This document shows positions 37,642-48,881 of a DNA stretch of 64,000 nt, piece by piece. Origin of the DNA: Clostridia bacterium (GTDB lineage Bacteria; Bacillota; Clostridia; UMGS1883); assembly GCA_045638945.1 (NCBI GenBank), contig JAZUCF010000002.1:84-64083 (forward strand), read 5' to 3'. Both the position numbers and the translations under genes were made by a program. Within the stretch, counting starts at the first letter, position 1. Each line of letters begins with the position of its first letter. A model generated the notes under the pieces. The model saw only the letters and a list, made by a program, of their open reading frames with translations, did no database searches and was not told the DNA's origin.

Positions 37642-38486
37642 GACGTGATAGTATGTTCACCAAGGTATGTCTTACCTGCATCAAGTGCTGTAATACCTTC
37701 CTTATGTGTGATGTCATAATCACTTCCCTCAATATCGGGGATTCCAGACCAAGGCTCAAGACAGATATAGGGTGCTCCGTGCTTGTGCCAGAGAAGGAAA
37801 TAATTTGCAAAGGGGAAATCCACTCTTACGCTTCGTCCCGTCTTGCGGTTGCGGAGCGTTGCACTGCGTGATTTCAGCGTGGTAAATACAAGTGCATCAA
37901 CGGTAAAATACTTATCGTAAAGTGCAATTGTATCGGAATCTGTGATAATTCTCTTACCCGATTTAGCGACAATGTTTCCGTAAAGATTTGCCGCATCAAG
38001 CGTTTCTTTCTGCGGGAAAATTACATCGTAATCCTCAATGCCTTCAGGAGTATAATATGCTTCGTGTGAGCCTATGGAAAAATACATGGTCTTATTATCC
38101 TTATTGTCAACCTTGTATTCAACCTTTATTGAAGCATCATCGATTGTATAAATAACACGAAGCTCAAATTTGAACGGAAATCCTTTAAGCGTTTCTTCGC
38201 TTTCTTTTAAAAGAAATACTGCCTTTGTATCGGTAGCTTCCTCAACGGTGAAAAGAGCATTTCTCGTAAAGCCGTGCTTCTGGAGTGTGTATTCTTTTCC
38301 GTCCAGAATATATTTATCCTCTTTAAGACCGCCGCAAATGGGGAACATAAAAGGGGCAGTGTTGTTCCAGACCTCGGGACAGCCGGGCCACATCAGGTTC
38401 ATACCGCCTTTCTTTGTAACGCTTTTGATTTCTGCTCCGATTTCATTTATCTGAACAGTCAGTGTTTCGTTTTTCAATGTAATCAC
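37632..38486 (-). CDS. aldose 1-epimerase family protein
   Basis: 284-aa all-beta protein with mutarotase-like motifs (PICGG, LEPW). GTG start. Confidence 0.7.
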   Translation of the reverse strand: MITLKNETLTVQINEIGAEIKSVTKKGGMNLMWPGCPEVWNNTAPFMFPICGGLKEDKYILDGKEYTLQKHGFTRNALFTVEEATDTKAVFLLKESEETLKGFPFKFELRVIYTIDDASIKVEYKVDNKDNKTMYFSIGSHEAYYTPEGIEDYDVIFPQKETLDAANLYGNIVAKSGKRIITDSDTIALYDKYFTVDALVFTTLKSRSATLRNRKTGRSVRVDFPFANYFLLWHKHGAPYICLEPWSGIPDIEGSDYDITHKEGITALDAGKTYLGEHTITSID

Positions 38487-38512
38487 TATAAATCGCTCCT
38501 TTTATAAAAATG

Positions 38513-41386
38513 TTAAATAATCTTTTTAGCCAATCTGCATATAAGTGCCGCCGCTTCACCGCGGGTGAGGAGATTTTGGGGATGAAAGCAATTCTGTGAA
38601 GTGCCTTTTATAATCCCTAAGGAAACCGCTTTTTTTACAGACTCCAACGCCCATGGCGAAATGCTTTGGGTATCACCGAAAGCTACATCTGTATTTCTTA
38701 CCTTGCTGTTTGAAGCCTTGTCAAAGAGCCTTATAATCATTACCGCAGCTTCCTCCCTTGAAATGGGATTGTCGGGCAGGAACATATTGTCATTAACACC
38801 GCTGACTATGCCCGCTAGGTACAATGAATTAATATATGGGTAATACCAAGAGCTTTGTGGAACATCGGCAAAGGTAAATATATGGGAAATTGTATTTATG
38901 GAGAAAGCTTCGGCGAGCATTTTTGAAAATTCTCCCCGTGTTACCGTGGTATCGGGGGCAAATATACCGGGAATTTTCCCTTCCACCACTCCGCAGTATG
39001 CTAAAATATCCGCATATTCACGGCTCCAGTGATTCTCTGTGTCTGCAAAATATGATTCCGAGGAAACATTATATTTAAGAGCAGGCGTATACATTGGTAA
39101 ATCAGAGGAGTTTTCCGCAGGGTCATATGTTACCATAAAGGGGAGTGAGCGTATTGTACTTCCCGAAAAGCCCGTTATCGGACAAATGGGTGTAACTTCA
39201 AAATACACATATTTGTTAAGGAATGTTGTATCGAAATATATGCTGTTTCCGCTTGTGGAAACATCTGTGTATACCCCGTTTTGAGAATCGGAAACAAACC
39301 AGCTTACTGCACACGCACTTTTATCGGAATTTTCTGCAATGTTGTTATAAAGCGTGAACTGGGCCTCAACCGCTCCATTTATATAGGGAATTCCCGTAAC
39401 ACGGGGGCTGACTGCTATAATAGATGCTTTTTTAAGGGAAAGGTTATCGGCATATATTGAGAAGGACTCACCCTCTGCCGATTCAATATAAAGAAACAGT
39501 CTTCCCACCATATTCTCTTCGGTAAGGAAAAGCTCGGGAGGACTTGCATCCTCAAGAGTAGCTCCTGCAGGAATAAATACCTGGCATAGCGGCATAACCG
39601 AGGAATCAAGCTTTTCTAAGAATAATGTTGCATGGGCGTCTACGGGAGAAGAAAAAGCAGAATTAAATACATATGGCGTGCCCTCGGATAAATGAACATA
39701 AGAGTTGTTCAAAAGCATGAAGTAACTGCCTCTGCAGTTTATCAGTGCTCTGCGTGATTGTCCGTCATAACGCATGTAGAGGTCACATTCATATGGCGAT
39801 GAGGTCATCCACCATTGATTGGGAACCGTCTTTTCAAAGGAGCCGTCGCCGATGTAGTCATAACTCACCGTAAAATCAAGCTCTCCGCTTACGGAGGGGT
39901 CATGCAAATACTGGGCATAAAGAGTATATACGCCCGCGGGAGAATCGGGATGAACTTTGATTAAATTCTTTTCGCTGTCAAATTCAAGGTGCTCATTTTC
40001 CTCTGAAAGAGTAACCTTTATATCTTCGGACGGAAGAATATTTCCCGCCTGGTCACGCAGAAGTGCCGTAACAGGGTAAGAAACAAATTCATTGGGAAGT
40101 GCAATGTTTCCCGGTGCATGGAGCGTGATATATTCAGGCTTTGAAGTTTCAGCAGTCAGTGAAATATCTTCAATAAAAACAGTGCAGTCATAGGTTGAGC
40201 AAAGGTCAAGAGAAATGGTGTATATACCGCTTGCCTCGGGGATAAAAGCAATAAAAACATCACTCCAATCGCTTCCCGATATATCTTTAACAGAGAAATT
40301 AACCATACTGTTTTTCAGTTCAGAAGAATTTGTTGCAAAAATAGCAGGGAGAACGCTCGGGTTATCGGTCTTCACCCTCGCACGGATAACATACATAATA
40401 TCCTCTATCAAAACAAGCTGCTCGTCGTAAATTATTTTTGAAAAATAGCCAAAATCACCGTAATCGTTCATGGGAACTGATATTATGGGACGGTTATCTT
40501 CAAAAAGCACTTTCATGTCCGAAGAACTGTGCCACGGCAAATCGGACAGGTCTTTAAAATCATTTTTTAGCATATTGCTTTTAAGGTTTATTTTAAATGA
40601 TGCCGGTGTAAGAAACTCATAATTTTTCAAAGTGCAGTTAAGCACGACTTGAGTGTCGGGGAGAGCCTCGGATGTAGTCGTTAAAGCAAAATTTTCAAAG
40701 TCAAAAGAAATTCCGACAGCATTACTTAATGAAAAGTGGAGGTTACTGCTTGTCAGTATATCCACGGTTTTATTATCGGAGGTAATGATATATGGTCTGT
40801 AATAATTTTTTATACTTCCGGCGGCAGGGATAGTTATTTCATCAACACCTGAAATATTAAGACTTGAAAGTATACATGGCGTCTCATCTAAACTGATTTC
40901 ATCTGCAAAAATGCCGAAATCTGCAAATCCACCCCCGAAATGAATCGAGAGGTTATATTCTCCGCTTTCATCCACAAAAAACGTAGTGGAAAACTCTGCC
41001 CAGCTATCGCCGATTCCGCTCACATTGATAATAACAGTGTTTGAACGGGGATATCGGGAAGCACTTGTGCGTATGGAAGTGTCAGAGGAAGCAAGCGGGT
41101 TAAAAACCATACCGCTTAGGGTATAAACTTTGCCTCCCTCAAGCTTTATTGTAGGGGAATAGTCCAGAACGTGGGTTATCTTTTCATTCCTTATTTCGCC
41201 AAAAGGGTTAGATACAAAAATCGAATATCCGAATTCAAACTCATTTCCATCGTCGATTTCTCCACCGTCCCACATCTGTGCATCCTGCGGATTCTCGAAA
41301 GAATAGAGAAAGCCCTCCTGTCCCGATGCCGACAATGACATAAGGCACAAAAATAAAAATGTAAAAACAAATATGTATTTTTTCAT
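38513..41386 (-). CDS. large cell-wall-anchored protein with three C-terminal SLH domains
   Basis: Signal peptide. Three SLH repeats: FADTENHWSREYADIL..., FADVPQSSWYYPYINSL..., FGDTQSISPWALESVKKAV... The N-terminal ~750 aa is beta-rich and unassigned. Confidence 0.8.
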   Translation of the reverse strand: MKKYIFVFTFLFLCLMSLSASGQEGFLYSFENPQDAQMWDGGEIDDGNEFEFGYSIFVSNPFGEIRNEKITHVLDYSPTIKLEGGKVYTLSGMVFNPLASSDTSIRTSASRYPRSNTVIINVSGIGDSWAEFSTTFFVDESGEYNLSIHFGGGFADFGIFADEISLDETPCILSSLNISGVDEITIPAAGSIKNYYRPYIITSDNKTVDILTSSNLHFSLSNAVGISFDFENFALTTTSEALPDTQVVLNCTLKNYEFLTPASFKINLKSNMLKNDFKDLSDLPWHSSSDMKVLFEDNRPIISVPMNDYGDFGYFSKIIYDEQLVLIEDIMYVIRARVKTDNPSVLPAIFATNSSELKNSMVNFSVKDISGSDWSDVFIAFIPEASGIYTISLDLCSTYDCTVFIEDISLTAETSKPEYITLHAPGNIALPNEFVSYPVTALLRDQAGNILPSEDIKVTLSEENEHLEFDSEKNLIKVHPDSPAGVYTLYAQYLHDPSVSGELDFTVSYDYIGDGSFEKTVPNQWWMTSSPYECDLYMRYDGQSRRALINCRGSYFMLLNNSYVHLSEGTPYVFNSAFSSPVDAHATLFLEKLDSSVMPLCQVFIPAGATLEDASPPELFLTEENMVGRLFLYIESAEGESFSIYADNLSLKKASIIAVSPRVTGIPYINGAVEAQFTLYNNIAENSDKSACAVSWFVSDSQNGVYTDVSTSGNSIYFDTTFLNKYVYFEVTPICPITGFSGSTIRSLPFMVTYDPAENSSDLPMYTPALKYNVSSESYFADTENHWSREYADILAYCGVVEGKIPGIFAPDTTVTRGEFSKMLAEAFSINTISHIFTFADVPQSSWYYPYINSLYLAGIVSGVNDNMFLPDNPISREEAAVMIIRLFDKASNSKVRNTDVAFGDTQSISPWALESVKKAVSLGIIKGTSQNCFHPQNLLTRGEAAALICRLAKKII

Positions 41387-41554
41387 TGCCGACCTCCTTT
41401 AAATAATCTCTAAAGCTTATTATATAATATAATTTGGGATTTGTCTACAAAAAGTAAATGGAAAAGTTTTGGCAGCTTCAGTTTTTTCTGCTTGATTATT
41501 AATATCGGTCGTGATATAATACAATAGATATATTGTGTGGAAAAAGGTGATGTA

Positions 41555-44500
41555 ATGTACCTTAAACGAATAGAACTTCAGGGCTTTAAGTCCTTTGCGG
41601 ACAAGACCGTAATAGAAGTTCATCAGGGAGTAACCGCCATTGTCGGCCCCAACGGAAGCGGAAAGAGTAATATTTCCGATGCCGTAAGATGGGTAATGGG
41701 CGAGCAGAGTGCAAAGACGCTCCGCGGCGGAAAAATGGAAGATGTTATTTTTGCAGGAACGCAGAAGCGTAAGCCTCTGGGCTATGCCGAGGTGTCGCTT
41801 GTGCTGGATAATTCTACTCATTTTTTGCCCTGTGATTACGAGGAAGTTGAAATTACAAGAAGGGTATTTAGGAGCGGCGAAAGTGAATATATGATTAACC
41901 GCACCGCCTGCAGACTGAAGGATATAAACGAGCTTTTGATGGACACAGGTCTGGGACGTGACGGATATTCAATTGTCGGTCAGGGTAAAATAGCGGAAAT
42001 TGTTTCTTCCAAGGGTGAGGACCGCAGACAGATATTTGAGGAAGCGGCAGGAATATCAAAATACCGCTACCGTAAGAATGAAGCAGAAAGAAAGCTTAAT
42101 CACACCGAGGACAACCTTGTTCGTGTCCGTGATATTTTAGGCGAGCTTACAGAGCGCGTAGAGCCTCTTAAAAAGCAGAGTGAAAAGGCTATTAAATATC
42201 TTGACCTCAGAGAGGAACTCAAGGGCATCGAGGTCAGTGCACTTTTGGAAATTACGGACTTAAAACGCGTAGAAAGTGAGAAAACCACTAAACTATATGA
42301 GGATGCAGTCCATGAGTTTGAGGAGGCTAAAGAAAAGCTTGACCTCTCAAACGAAAAAAGTGATAAGCTTTACAATTCACTCAGGGAAACCGACAGCGAA
42401 ATTGAGGGCATGCGTGAAAATCTTGCAAAGCTTGAGGCTGATGCGGCATCAATAGAGAACGAAAAAGCGATTATTAAAAATAACATAGAAAACCACAAGG
42501 TTAATATTGTACGTATTGAAACGGAGCTTTCGGGCTGGTCTAAGAGGGAAGAAGATATAAAATCACAAATCTTGGAGCTTGAGAGACAGAAAAATGCTGA
42601 AAACGAAAAGTTTTTAAGACTATCAGGCGAGCTTGAAATTCTCGAAGACGAGGATAGAGTAATAGGAGAGGAGGTTTCAAGGCGAGTTAAAGCACTTGAC
42701 AGTGCAAGGGAAGAAGTTTTAAACCTGCGTTCTAAAAAGAGTGAAGCACAATCGAGGCTTGACAGCATTGACCTTATTACGCAGAACATAGAAACACGCC
42801 GCTTTTCAATCGAGGTTGATATTGCGGCGGCGTCGGATGATATTAACCGTCTTACATCAAAATGTGCAGAGCTGAAAGAAAAGGAGCAGAAAGCACAGGA
42901 GGAATTTGATAAGCTTTCCGATGAAGTTTTTGGTGCAAATAAAAGTTACCATGATTTCAATAGAAGAAGCGGAGAACTTAAAACTAAGTATAACGAATTG
43001 TCTACCAAGCTGGGAGAAAAGCAGGGAAGACGAAAAATGCTTGAGGAAATGGAAAGAGGTCTGGAGGGCTATGCAAGAAGTGTCCGCGACCTTCTTAAAG
43101 CAAAGGAAGACGGAAAATACCGCGGAAGCTTCCTTGGCGTTCTCAGTAAGCTTATTAACGTAGAGAAGAAATATACCACAGCCGTTGAAACTGCACTTGG
43201 AAATGCAATGCAGAACATTGTAGTGCAAAACGAAAATGATGCTAAGGAAGCAATCGAGTTCTTAAAGAAAAATCATATGGGCAGAGTAACATTTCTCCCG
43301 ATTTTATCACAAGAGGAAAGACGTCTTGATAATGAAGACCGGGTAATGCAAAACGACGGAGCAGTAGCTATCGCGTGCGATGTGGTGGAGTGCGATAGTT
43401 CAATCCGCGCTGTTATCGGTGCACTTTTGGGCAGAACTGTTATCATGGAGGATATGGACAGTGCTGTAAAGCTTGCCAAAGCCACACATTATAAATTCAA
43501 AATTGTAACTTTGGCAGGGGAGCTTCTCCAACCCGGTGGTAGTATTACTGGAGGTAGCGTTAACCGTGCACAGGCACTCTTAGGCAGAAAAGACGAGATA
43601 GAGCTTCTTAACAAAGAGTGTGACGCACTGGCGAACGAAACGGAAAAGCTTGAAGATGAAATTGATGAATGTATTGATAATGCGGAGAAAAACCGCAAGA
43701 AGGAAGCCCTGCTTCGTGAAAAGCTTTCCGAAAGCGAAAATAAGCTTATGAAAGTTAAAGCAGAGTCCGATATGAAGACAAGCCTTCTTCAGATGGCTCA
43801 TGAACGCTTTGAAAAGCTGAGTAATGAAAAAACACAGATTTCCACACAGCAAACAGATACTGTGGAAACGAAGAAGAAGCTTCGTGAAATTTTAGACGGC
43901 TCCGATGAGCTTATAGAAAAGGCAGAAGCAATCGTTAAAGTGAAGCAGGAAGCCGTGCGTGAAGAAACCCTTAAAAGGGAGGCACATTCGGGCAAGGTTA
44001 TTGACAAGAAAATGGAAATTAACAGTGCTCAGAAGGATGTGGAAATAGCACAAAGCAGAATTGAAGATGCGAAACGCAGTATAATAAATTCACAGTCTGA
44101 CTATAAGGCGAAGCTTGACGAAAAAGCTCATCAGCAAAATATGATTTCTTCATTTGAAAAACAGATTGAAGAAAATGAAATGCGTAAGAAACAGTGCGAT
44201 ATTGCAATAGAATCTAAGAAAGAAGAAATAAAGGCTCACCTTTCGGGCAGAAGCGGAAATGACATCGAACTTGAGGCACTCAGAGAAGAAATCAAGCAGC
44301 TTAACGAGAGAATTTTAGTGCTTCAGGGAGAAGTCGTACGTATTGAAACCAAGAAAAACAAGATTGAAGAAGATTTGGAAAATGCCGCAAACAGACTTTG
44401 GGATAATTATGAGCTGACCTATAACAGTGCGCTTGAATTTAAAAAGGACATAGGCTCTTTATCCGAAGCACAGAAAATCATTTCACAGCTTAAAAATTCT

Positions 44501-45121
44501 ATCCGTGCTTTGGGAAATATCAATGTTGATGCTATTGAGGAATACAAAGAAGTAAAGGGCAGATATGAATTTCTCAGCACGCAGGTTGCGGACATGGAAA
44601 AAGCAAAGGCAGACCTTGAAAAGCTTATCGGGGAAATGATGTCGGTAATGCGTGAGCAGTTTGCGAAAAAATTCCAGATAATAAATGAACTTTTCGGAAA
44701 AAGCTTCGTAGAACTTTTCGGCGGCGGCAAGGCAGAGGTAAAACTTCTCGACCCGCTTGACACTCTTGAAAGTCCCATTGAAATTGAAGTTCAGCCTCCG
44801 GGAAAGAAGCTTCAGAGTATTACGCTTCTTTCGGGCGGTGAGCATGCTCTTACGGCAATTGCACTACTTTTTGCATTGCTTCAGGTTTCGCCTGCACCGT
44901 TCCTTGTGCTTGACGAAATTGAGGCGGCACTTGATGATGAGAACGTGTATCGTTTTGCCGATTATATCCGTAACCGCGGTGATAATACACAGTTCGTCGT
45001 TATTACCCACCGCCGTGGAACAATGGAAGCGGCAGATATTCTCTACGGCGTCACTATGCAGGAACGTGGCGTAAGCAGTCTGCTTTCAATGAAATTGGAG
45101 GACGTAGCGATAGAGGAATAA
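41555..45121 (+). CDS. smc: chromosome segregation protein SMC
   Basis: Walker A GPNGSGKSN, long coiled coils with a hinge, signature LSGGE, and Walker B FLVLDEIEAALD. Start trimmed to MYLKRIELQGFKSF. Confidence 0.95.
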   Translation: MYLKRIELQGFKSFADKTVIEVHQGVTAIVGPNGSGKSNISDAVRWVMGEQSAKTLRGGKMEDVIFAGTQKRKPLGYAEVSLVLDNSTHFLPCDYEEVEITRRVFRSGESEYMINRTACRLKDINELLMDTGLGRDGYSIVGQGKIAEIVSSKGEDRRQIFEEAAGISKYRYRKNEAERKLNHTEDNLVRVRDILGELTERVEPLKKQSEKAIKYLDLREELKGIEVSALLEITDLKRVESEKTTKLYEDAVHEFEEAKEKLDLSNEKSDKLYNSLRETDSEIEGMRENLAKLEADAASIENEKAIIKNNIENHKVNIVRIETELSGWSKREEDIKSQILELERQKNAENEKFLRLSGELEILEDEDRVIGEEVSRRVKALDSAREEVLNLRSKKSEAQSRLDSIDLITQNIETRRFSIEVDIAAASDDINRLTSKCAELKEKEQKAQEEFDKLSDEVFGANKSYHDFNRRSGELKTKYNELSTKLGEKQGRRKMLEEMERGLEGYARSVRDLLKAKEDGKYRGSFLGVLSKLINVEKKYTTAVETALGNAMQNIVVQNENDAKEAIEFLKKNHMGRVTFLPILSQEERRLDNEDRVMQNDGAVAIACDVVECDSSIRAVIGALLGRTVIMEDMDSAVKLAKATHYKFKIVTLAGELLQPGGSITGGSVNRAQALLGRKDEIELLNKECDALANETEKLEDEIDECIDNAEKNRKKEALLREKLSESENKLMKVKAESDMKTSLLQMAHERFEKLSNEKTQISTQQTDTVETKKKLREILDGSDELIEKAEAIVKVKQEAVREETLKREAHSGKVIDKKMEINSAQKDVEIAQSRIEDAKRSIINSQSDYKAKLDEKAHQQNMISSFEKQIEENEMRKKQCDIAIESKKEEIKAHLSGRSGNDIELEALREEIKQLNERILVLQGEVVRIETKKNKIEEDLENAANRLWDNYELTYNSALEFKKDIGSLSEAQKIISQLKNSIRALGNINVDAIEEYKEVKGRYEFLSTQVADMEKAKADLEKLIGEMMSVMREQFAKKFQIINELFGKSFVELFGGGKAEVKLLDPLDTLESPIEIEVQPPGKKLQSITLLSGGEHALTAIALLFALLQVSPAPFLVLDEIEAALDDENVYRFADYIRNRGDNTQFVVITHRRGTMEAADILYGVTMQERGVSSLLSMKLEDVAIEE

Positions 45122-45171
45122 AGCCGTGTGGGGCTTAGCTGCCCGTCGGCAAAGGAAAGGACAATTATAAC

Positions 45172-46101
45172 ATGGAACAAAATACAGAAAAAAAGGGGCT
45201 TTTCGCAAGACTTAAGGAAGGTCTCGGAAAAACCCGTAATTCATTTAACGAAAAGCTTGACGGAGTGTTCTCCGTGTTTAAAAAGCTTGATGATGACCTT
45301 TATGACGAACTTGAAGAAGCTCTCATTATGGCAGATATCGGCGGACAGACAAGCTGTGAAATCGTAGAACAGCTTCGTGAAAATGTAAAGGAAAAGCATA
45401 TTAAGGATGCAGAGGAAGCAAAGGCAGAGCTTAAATCTATAATTACGGAAATTCTTAGTAAAAATGACTGTGAGCTTCACCTTGATACAAAGCCTACCGT
45501 TATCCTTGTAATAGGTGTAAACGGCGTGGGCAAGACCACAACTATAGGTAAGCTTACATCAAAGCTTAAAAATGAAGGTAAAAAGGTTGTTTTGGGTGCG
45601 GCAGATACATTTCGAGCAGCTGCGGCAGACCAACTTGAAATCTGGGCACAGAGAAATGATGTTCCCATAGTAAGGCTGACTGAGGGGGCAGACCCCGCGG
45701 CAGTTGTATTTGATGCTTGCTCAAGTGCAAAAAGCAAAGGTGCCGACGTATGCATTTGCGATACTGCCGGCAGACTTCATAATAAAAAGAATCTTATGGA
45801 CGAGCTTGGTAAAATTTACCGTGTAATTGACCGCGAGCTTCCCGATGCACAAAAGGAAATTCTCCTTGTGCTTGATGCTACTACGGGGCAGAATGCAGTG
45901 AATCAGGCGGAAGAATTTGATAAGGTGGCAAAGATTACAGGTATTGTCCTTACAAAGCTTGACGGCACTGCCAAAGGCGGCATTGTGGTAAATATCTGCA
46001 AGAAGCTCGGTGTTCCCGTAAAATTTGTCGGCGTAGGCGAGGGAATAGACGATTTGCAGGAGTTTGACCCTGAGGCTTTTGCCGAAGCTCTTTTCGGGTA
46101 A
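45172..46101 (+). CDS. ftsY: signal recognition particle receptor FtsY
   Basis: NG domain with GVNGVGKTTT, DTAGR and TKLDG. Confidence 0.95.
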   Translation: MEQNTEKKGLFARLKEGLGKTRNSFNEKLDGVFSVFKKLDDDLYDELEEALIMADIGGQTSCEIVEQLRENVKEKHIKDAEEAKAELKSIITEILSKNDCELHLDTKPTVILVIGVNGVGKTTTIGKLTSKLKNEGKKVVLGAADTFRAAAADQLEIWAQRNDVPIVRLTEGADPAAVVFDACSSAKSKGADVCICDTAGRLHNKKNLMDELGKIYRVIDRELPDAQKEILLVLDATTGQNAVNQAEEFDKVAKITGIVLTKLDGTAKGGIVVNICKKLGVPVKFVGVGEGIDDLQEFDPEAFAEALFG

Positions 46102-46115
46102 CAAATATGGGATTA

Positions 46116-46934
46116 TCAGGTGCGGAATGTCTTCCTGTGTGCAAGGGGAGACATTCCGTACTTTTTCTTATACTCGGAGCTGAAAAAGGACGGTGTGTTG
46201 TAACCGCATAGCTGTGCCATTTCAAAAACACCGGCATCGGTATTGGCAACCAATTCGAGAGCCTTGCTCATCCTTATGTCTATAAGTGTATCAATCGGAG
46301 ATTTTCCGAATTTCTTTTTAAAAATTCTTGTAAGATAGCTTTTATCAAGGTGAACAAGCTCCGAAAGGCTTGAAAGTGTTATCTTGTCCGATGGGTTTTG
46401 CCGTATGTGAGCCATCACAATATCGCAGGCGGATTCTTCGGGTTTTAATTCCTTGAATTTACGGTGATAAATCTGTGCGTTAAGCCTATGTAAAAGCTCC
46501 GATACCAAGCATATCGCAGCGGGAGAATTATGGTCGGATAAGCTAAAAAGCTTTTCGTATATTGAAGCTATACTTCCGTAGTCGGAGAAGTGGATTATAT
46601 AATCCAGATTTTCAAGCAGAGGATTTTTTGAGATTGGTTGAATGGGACCGGGAGCATTTCGGTGGTAGTCAAAGCTCGACGTTTCGCCGGAAAAATCCAA
46701 TGTCAGCATATAAGAATTCGTGCTTATCTTTGAGAATTCATAGGTTTCTCCGGGGGTTCTGAATAATATATCACCTTTTTTCAGGTATGCTTCCCCGTGC
46801 TTCTTATTATAACACCATCTTCCGTCGGACAACTCCAAATCTATTTCGTAATCTTTTACTGTTCTTGTCAGCCTCAAAGAGGTGTTCTCTTGTTCGGCGG
46901 AAAAATGAAAACAGCTTAAAATCTTAAAACTCAT
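46116..46934 (-). CDS. AraC-family transcriptional regulator
   Basis: C-terminal double HTH (LSSLSELVHLDKSYLTRIFKK...FFSSEYKKKYGMSP). Divergent from the sugar operon. Confidence 0.85.
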   Translation of the reverse strand: MSFKILSCFHFSAEQENTSLRLTRTVKDYEIDLELSDGRWCYNKKHGEAYLKKGDILFRTPGETYEFSKISTNSYMLTLDFSGETSSFDYHRNAPGPIQPISKNPLLENLDYIIHFSDYGSIASIYEKLFSLSDHNSPAAICLVSELLHRLNAQIYHRKFKELKPEESACDIVMAHIRQNPSDKITLSSLSELVHLDKSYLTRIFKKKFGKSPIDTLIDIRMSKALELVANTDAGVFEMAQLCGYNTPSFFSSEYKKKYGMSPLAHRKTFRT

Positions 46935-47081
46935 TCATCTCACTTCCTTATAATGATAATTATATAACAAAATGAATAAAAGTCAATATACTTAATAAAT
47001 AAACCATAAAACTTTATTGTTGACGAGGTTAGAAGTTGATATAATTGTATTACAAAAAATAATTTAGAAAGGTGAATTGTT

Positions 47082-48881
47082 GTGAGTTTTATGTTTCATC
47101 CCTATCCTTATGCTGACCCCAATGCAGTTAATAAAATTAACATTCCTCAGTCAGTTAAGGAAAATCTTGTTCACGGAATTTTAAATGTAGGAAAGAAAAT
47201 TGCTTCTTTGTTTGAAGAAGGAGTAAAAACAATCGGTATCGATGCTTACCCCGGCAGTGAATACGAAACACTTATAAATGTGCTTCGTCAGCAGCTTGCG
47301 ACAAAGGGTATTGAATTTATTGATGCAGACAGCGTGATGCTTCCCTCAGAAGTAATTACTGCAAAAATTAAGCCCTATCTTCCCGAAGACAGAGATTATG
47401 ACCCTGTTCTTCTTTACGGAAGAAGATATACCGAAGGCTACAAGGGACTTCAGGATGCAGAAAAAGTAGCGGCACTTAATGAAAAAATCAAGAATGCAAA
47501 TGGTCTTATCGTCTTTGGTAAGGGTGCGCTTTCCGAAGAACTTCAGGACGCTTATGACGTAAGAATCTGGATGGATGTAACCCCCAGAACAGCCGTACTT
47601 AACTGCAAGAACGGTAAGAACAGAAATATCGGTCTTACAGAAGAGCTTCCCTATGCTCTTATGATGAGAAGAAACTATTACGTTGACTTTGAAACAGCAA
47701 TGGAACAGCGCTGGAAAATGATGAGAAGCCGTAAGATAGATTTTTATATTACAGCAGACGATCCCGTAAAAATGAGTATGCTTCCCTTTGATGCAGTTCT
47801 TGACCTTTTCAGAGAACTGTGCAGTCGTCCCTTCCGTTGCAGACCTGTGTACCTTGAAGGCGTTTGGGGTGGATACTATGTTCATCGCCTCAGAAATCTT
47901 CCCAAGGAAATGCGTAACTGTGCATGGGTATTCGATATGATTCCTCTTGAGGTTTCTATCGTTGCACAGCTGGACGGACTTGAATTTGAAGCACCCTTCT
48001 TTACCTTCGTTCAGGCAATGGGAGAGGAGCTTCTCGGTCACAGAGCATTTACAGAGTTCGGCGGATATTTCCCCATCAGATTCAACTATGACGATACATA
48101 CCATTCTTCAGGTAACATGTCTATTCAGTGTCACCCTCACGAGGAATATGTGGTAAATAACCACGGTGAGTTCGGTCGTCAGGACGAAAGCTATTATGTA
48201 GTTATAGCTGGTCAGGGTGCAAAGACTTATCTTGGATTTAACGAAAAGGATAGCTGTGAAAAGTTCTTTGTTGAGGCAGAGCGTGCAGAAAAGACACACG
48301 AGATTATTGACTATGAAAAATATGTAAATGCAGTTGAATCTATTCCCGGTACACAGGTAATGATTCCTGCAGGTACAATCCACGCATCAGGCAGAAATCA
48401 GGTAATTCTTGAAATCGGTTCACTTACAGTTGGTTCATATACATATAAACTCTATGACTATCAGCGTCTTGATCCGCAGACAGGAGTTCCTCGCCCCATA
48501 CATCTTAAGATGGGTAAGGAAGTTATTCGTGGCGAACGTGACAAGAAGTGGATTGAAGAAAACCTTGTTAACCATGGCGGTGTTGTAAGAGAGGGAGAGG
48601 GTTTCAAGGAAATCGTTGTAGGCGAACACGACCTTCTGTACTTCTCACTTCGTAACCTTATCTTTGAAAAAGAAATTACAGACGAAACAAACGGACTTTT
48701 CCACGTTCTTGCACTCGTTGACGGCGAAAAGGTAAGAGTTGAATCAATCGATAACCCCGAGTTATACTATGATATGAATTCTCTTGATATAATCGTTGTT
48801 CCTGCCACATTTGGAAAGTACAGAATTGTAAACAAAGGTGTAGGTGTAGTAACAATTCACAAGACACATTTGAAACCATGA
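47082..48881 (+). CDS. type I phosphomannose-isomerase-like cupin protein with a ~300-aa N-terminal extension
   Basis: The C-terminal half has PMI-like motifs (GNMSIQCHPHEEY...QDESYYVV...IPAGTIHA). The N-terminal half is unassigned. GTG start with AAAGGTG upstream; an ATG at 47091 is also possible. Confidence 0.5.
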   Translation: MSFMFHPYPYADPNAVNKINIPQSVKENLVHGILNVGKKIASLFEEGVKTIGIDAYPGSEYETLINVLRQQLATKGIEFIDADSVMLPSEVITAKIKPYLPEDRDYDPVLLYGRRYTEGYKGLQDAEKVAALNEKIKNANGLIVFGKGALSEELQDAYDVRIWMDVTPRTAVLNCKNGKNRNIGLTEELPYALMMRRNYYVDFETAMEQRWKMMRSRKIDFYITADDPVKMSMLPFDAVLDLFRELCSRPFRCRPVYLEGVWGGYYVHRLRNLPKEMRNCAWVFDMIPLEVSIVAQLDGLEFEAPFFTFVQAMGEELLGHRAFTEFGGYFPIRFNYDDTYHSSGNMSIQCHPHEEYVVNNHGEFGRQDESYYVVIAGQGAKTYLGFNEKDSCEKFFVEAERAEKTHEIIDYEKYVNAVESIPGTQVMIPAGTIHASGRNQVILEIGSLTVGSYTYKLYDYQRLDPQTGVPRPIHLKMGKEVIRGERDKKWIEENLVNHGGVVREGEGFKEIVVGEHDLLYFSLRNLIFEKEITDETNGLFHVLALVDGEKVRVESIDNPELYYDMNSLDIIVVPATFGKYRIVNKGVGVVTIHKTHLKP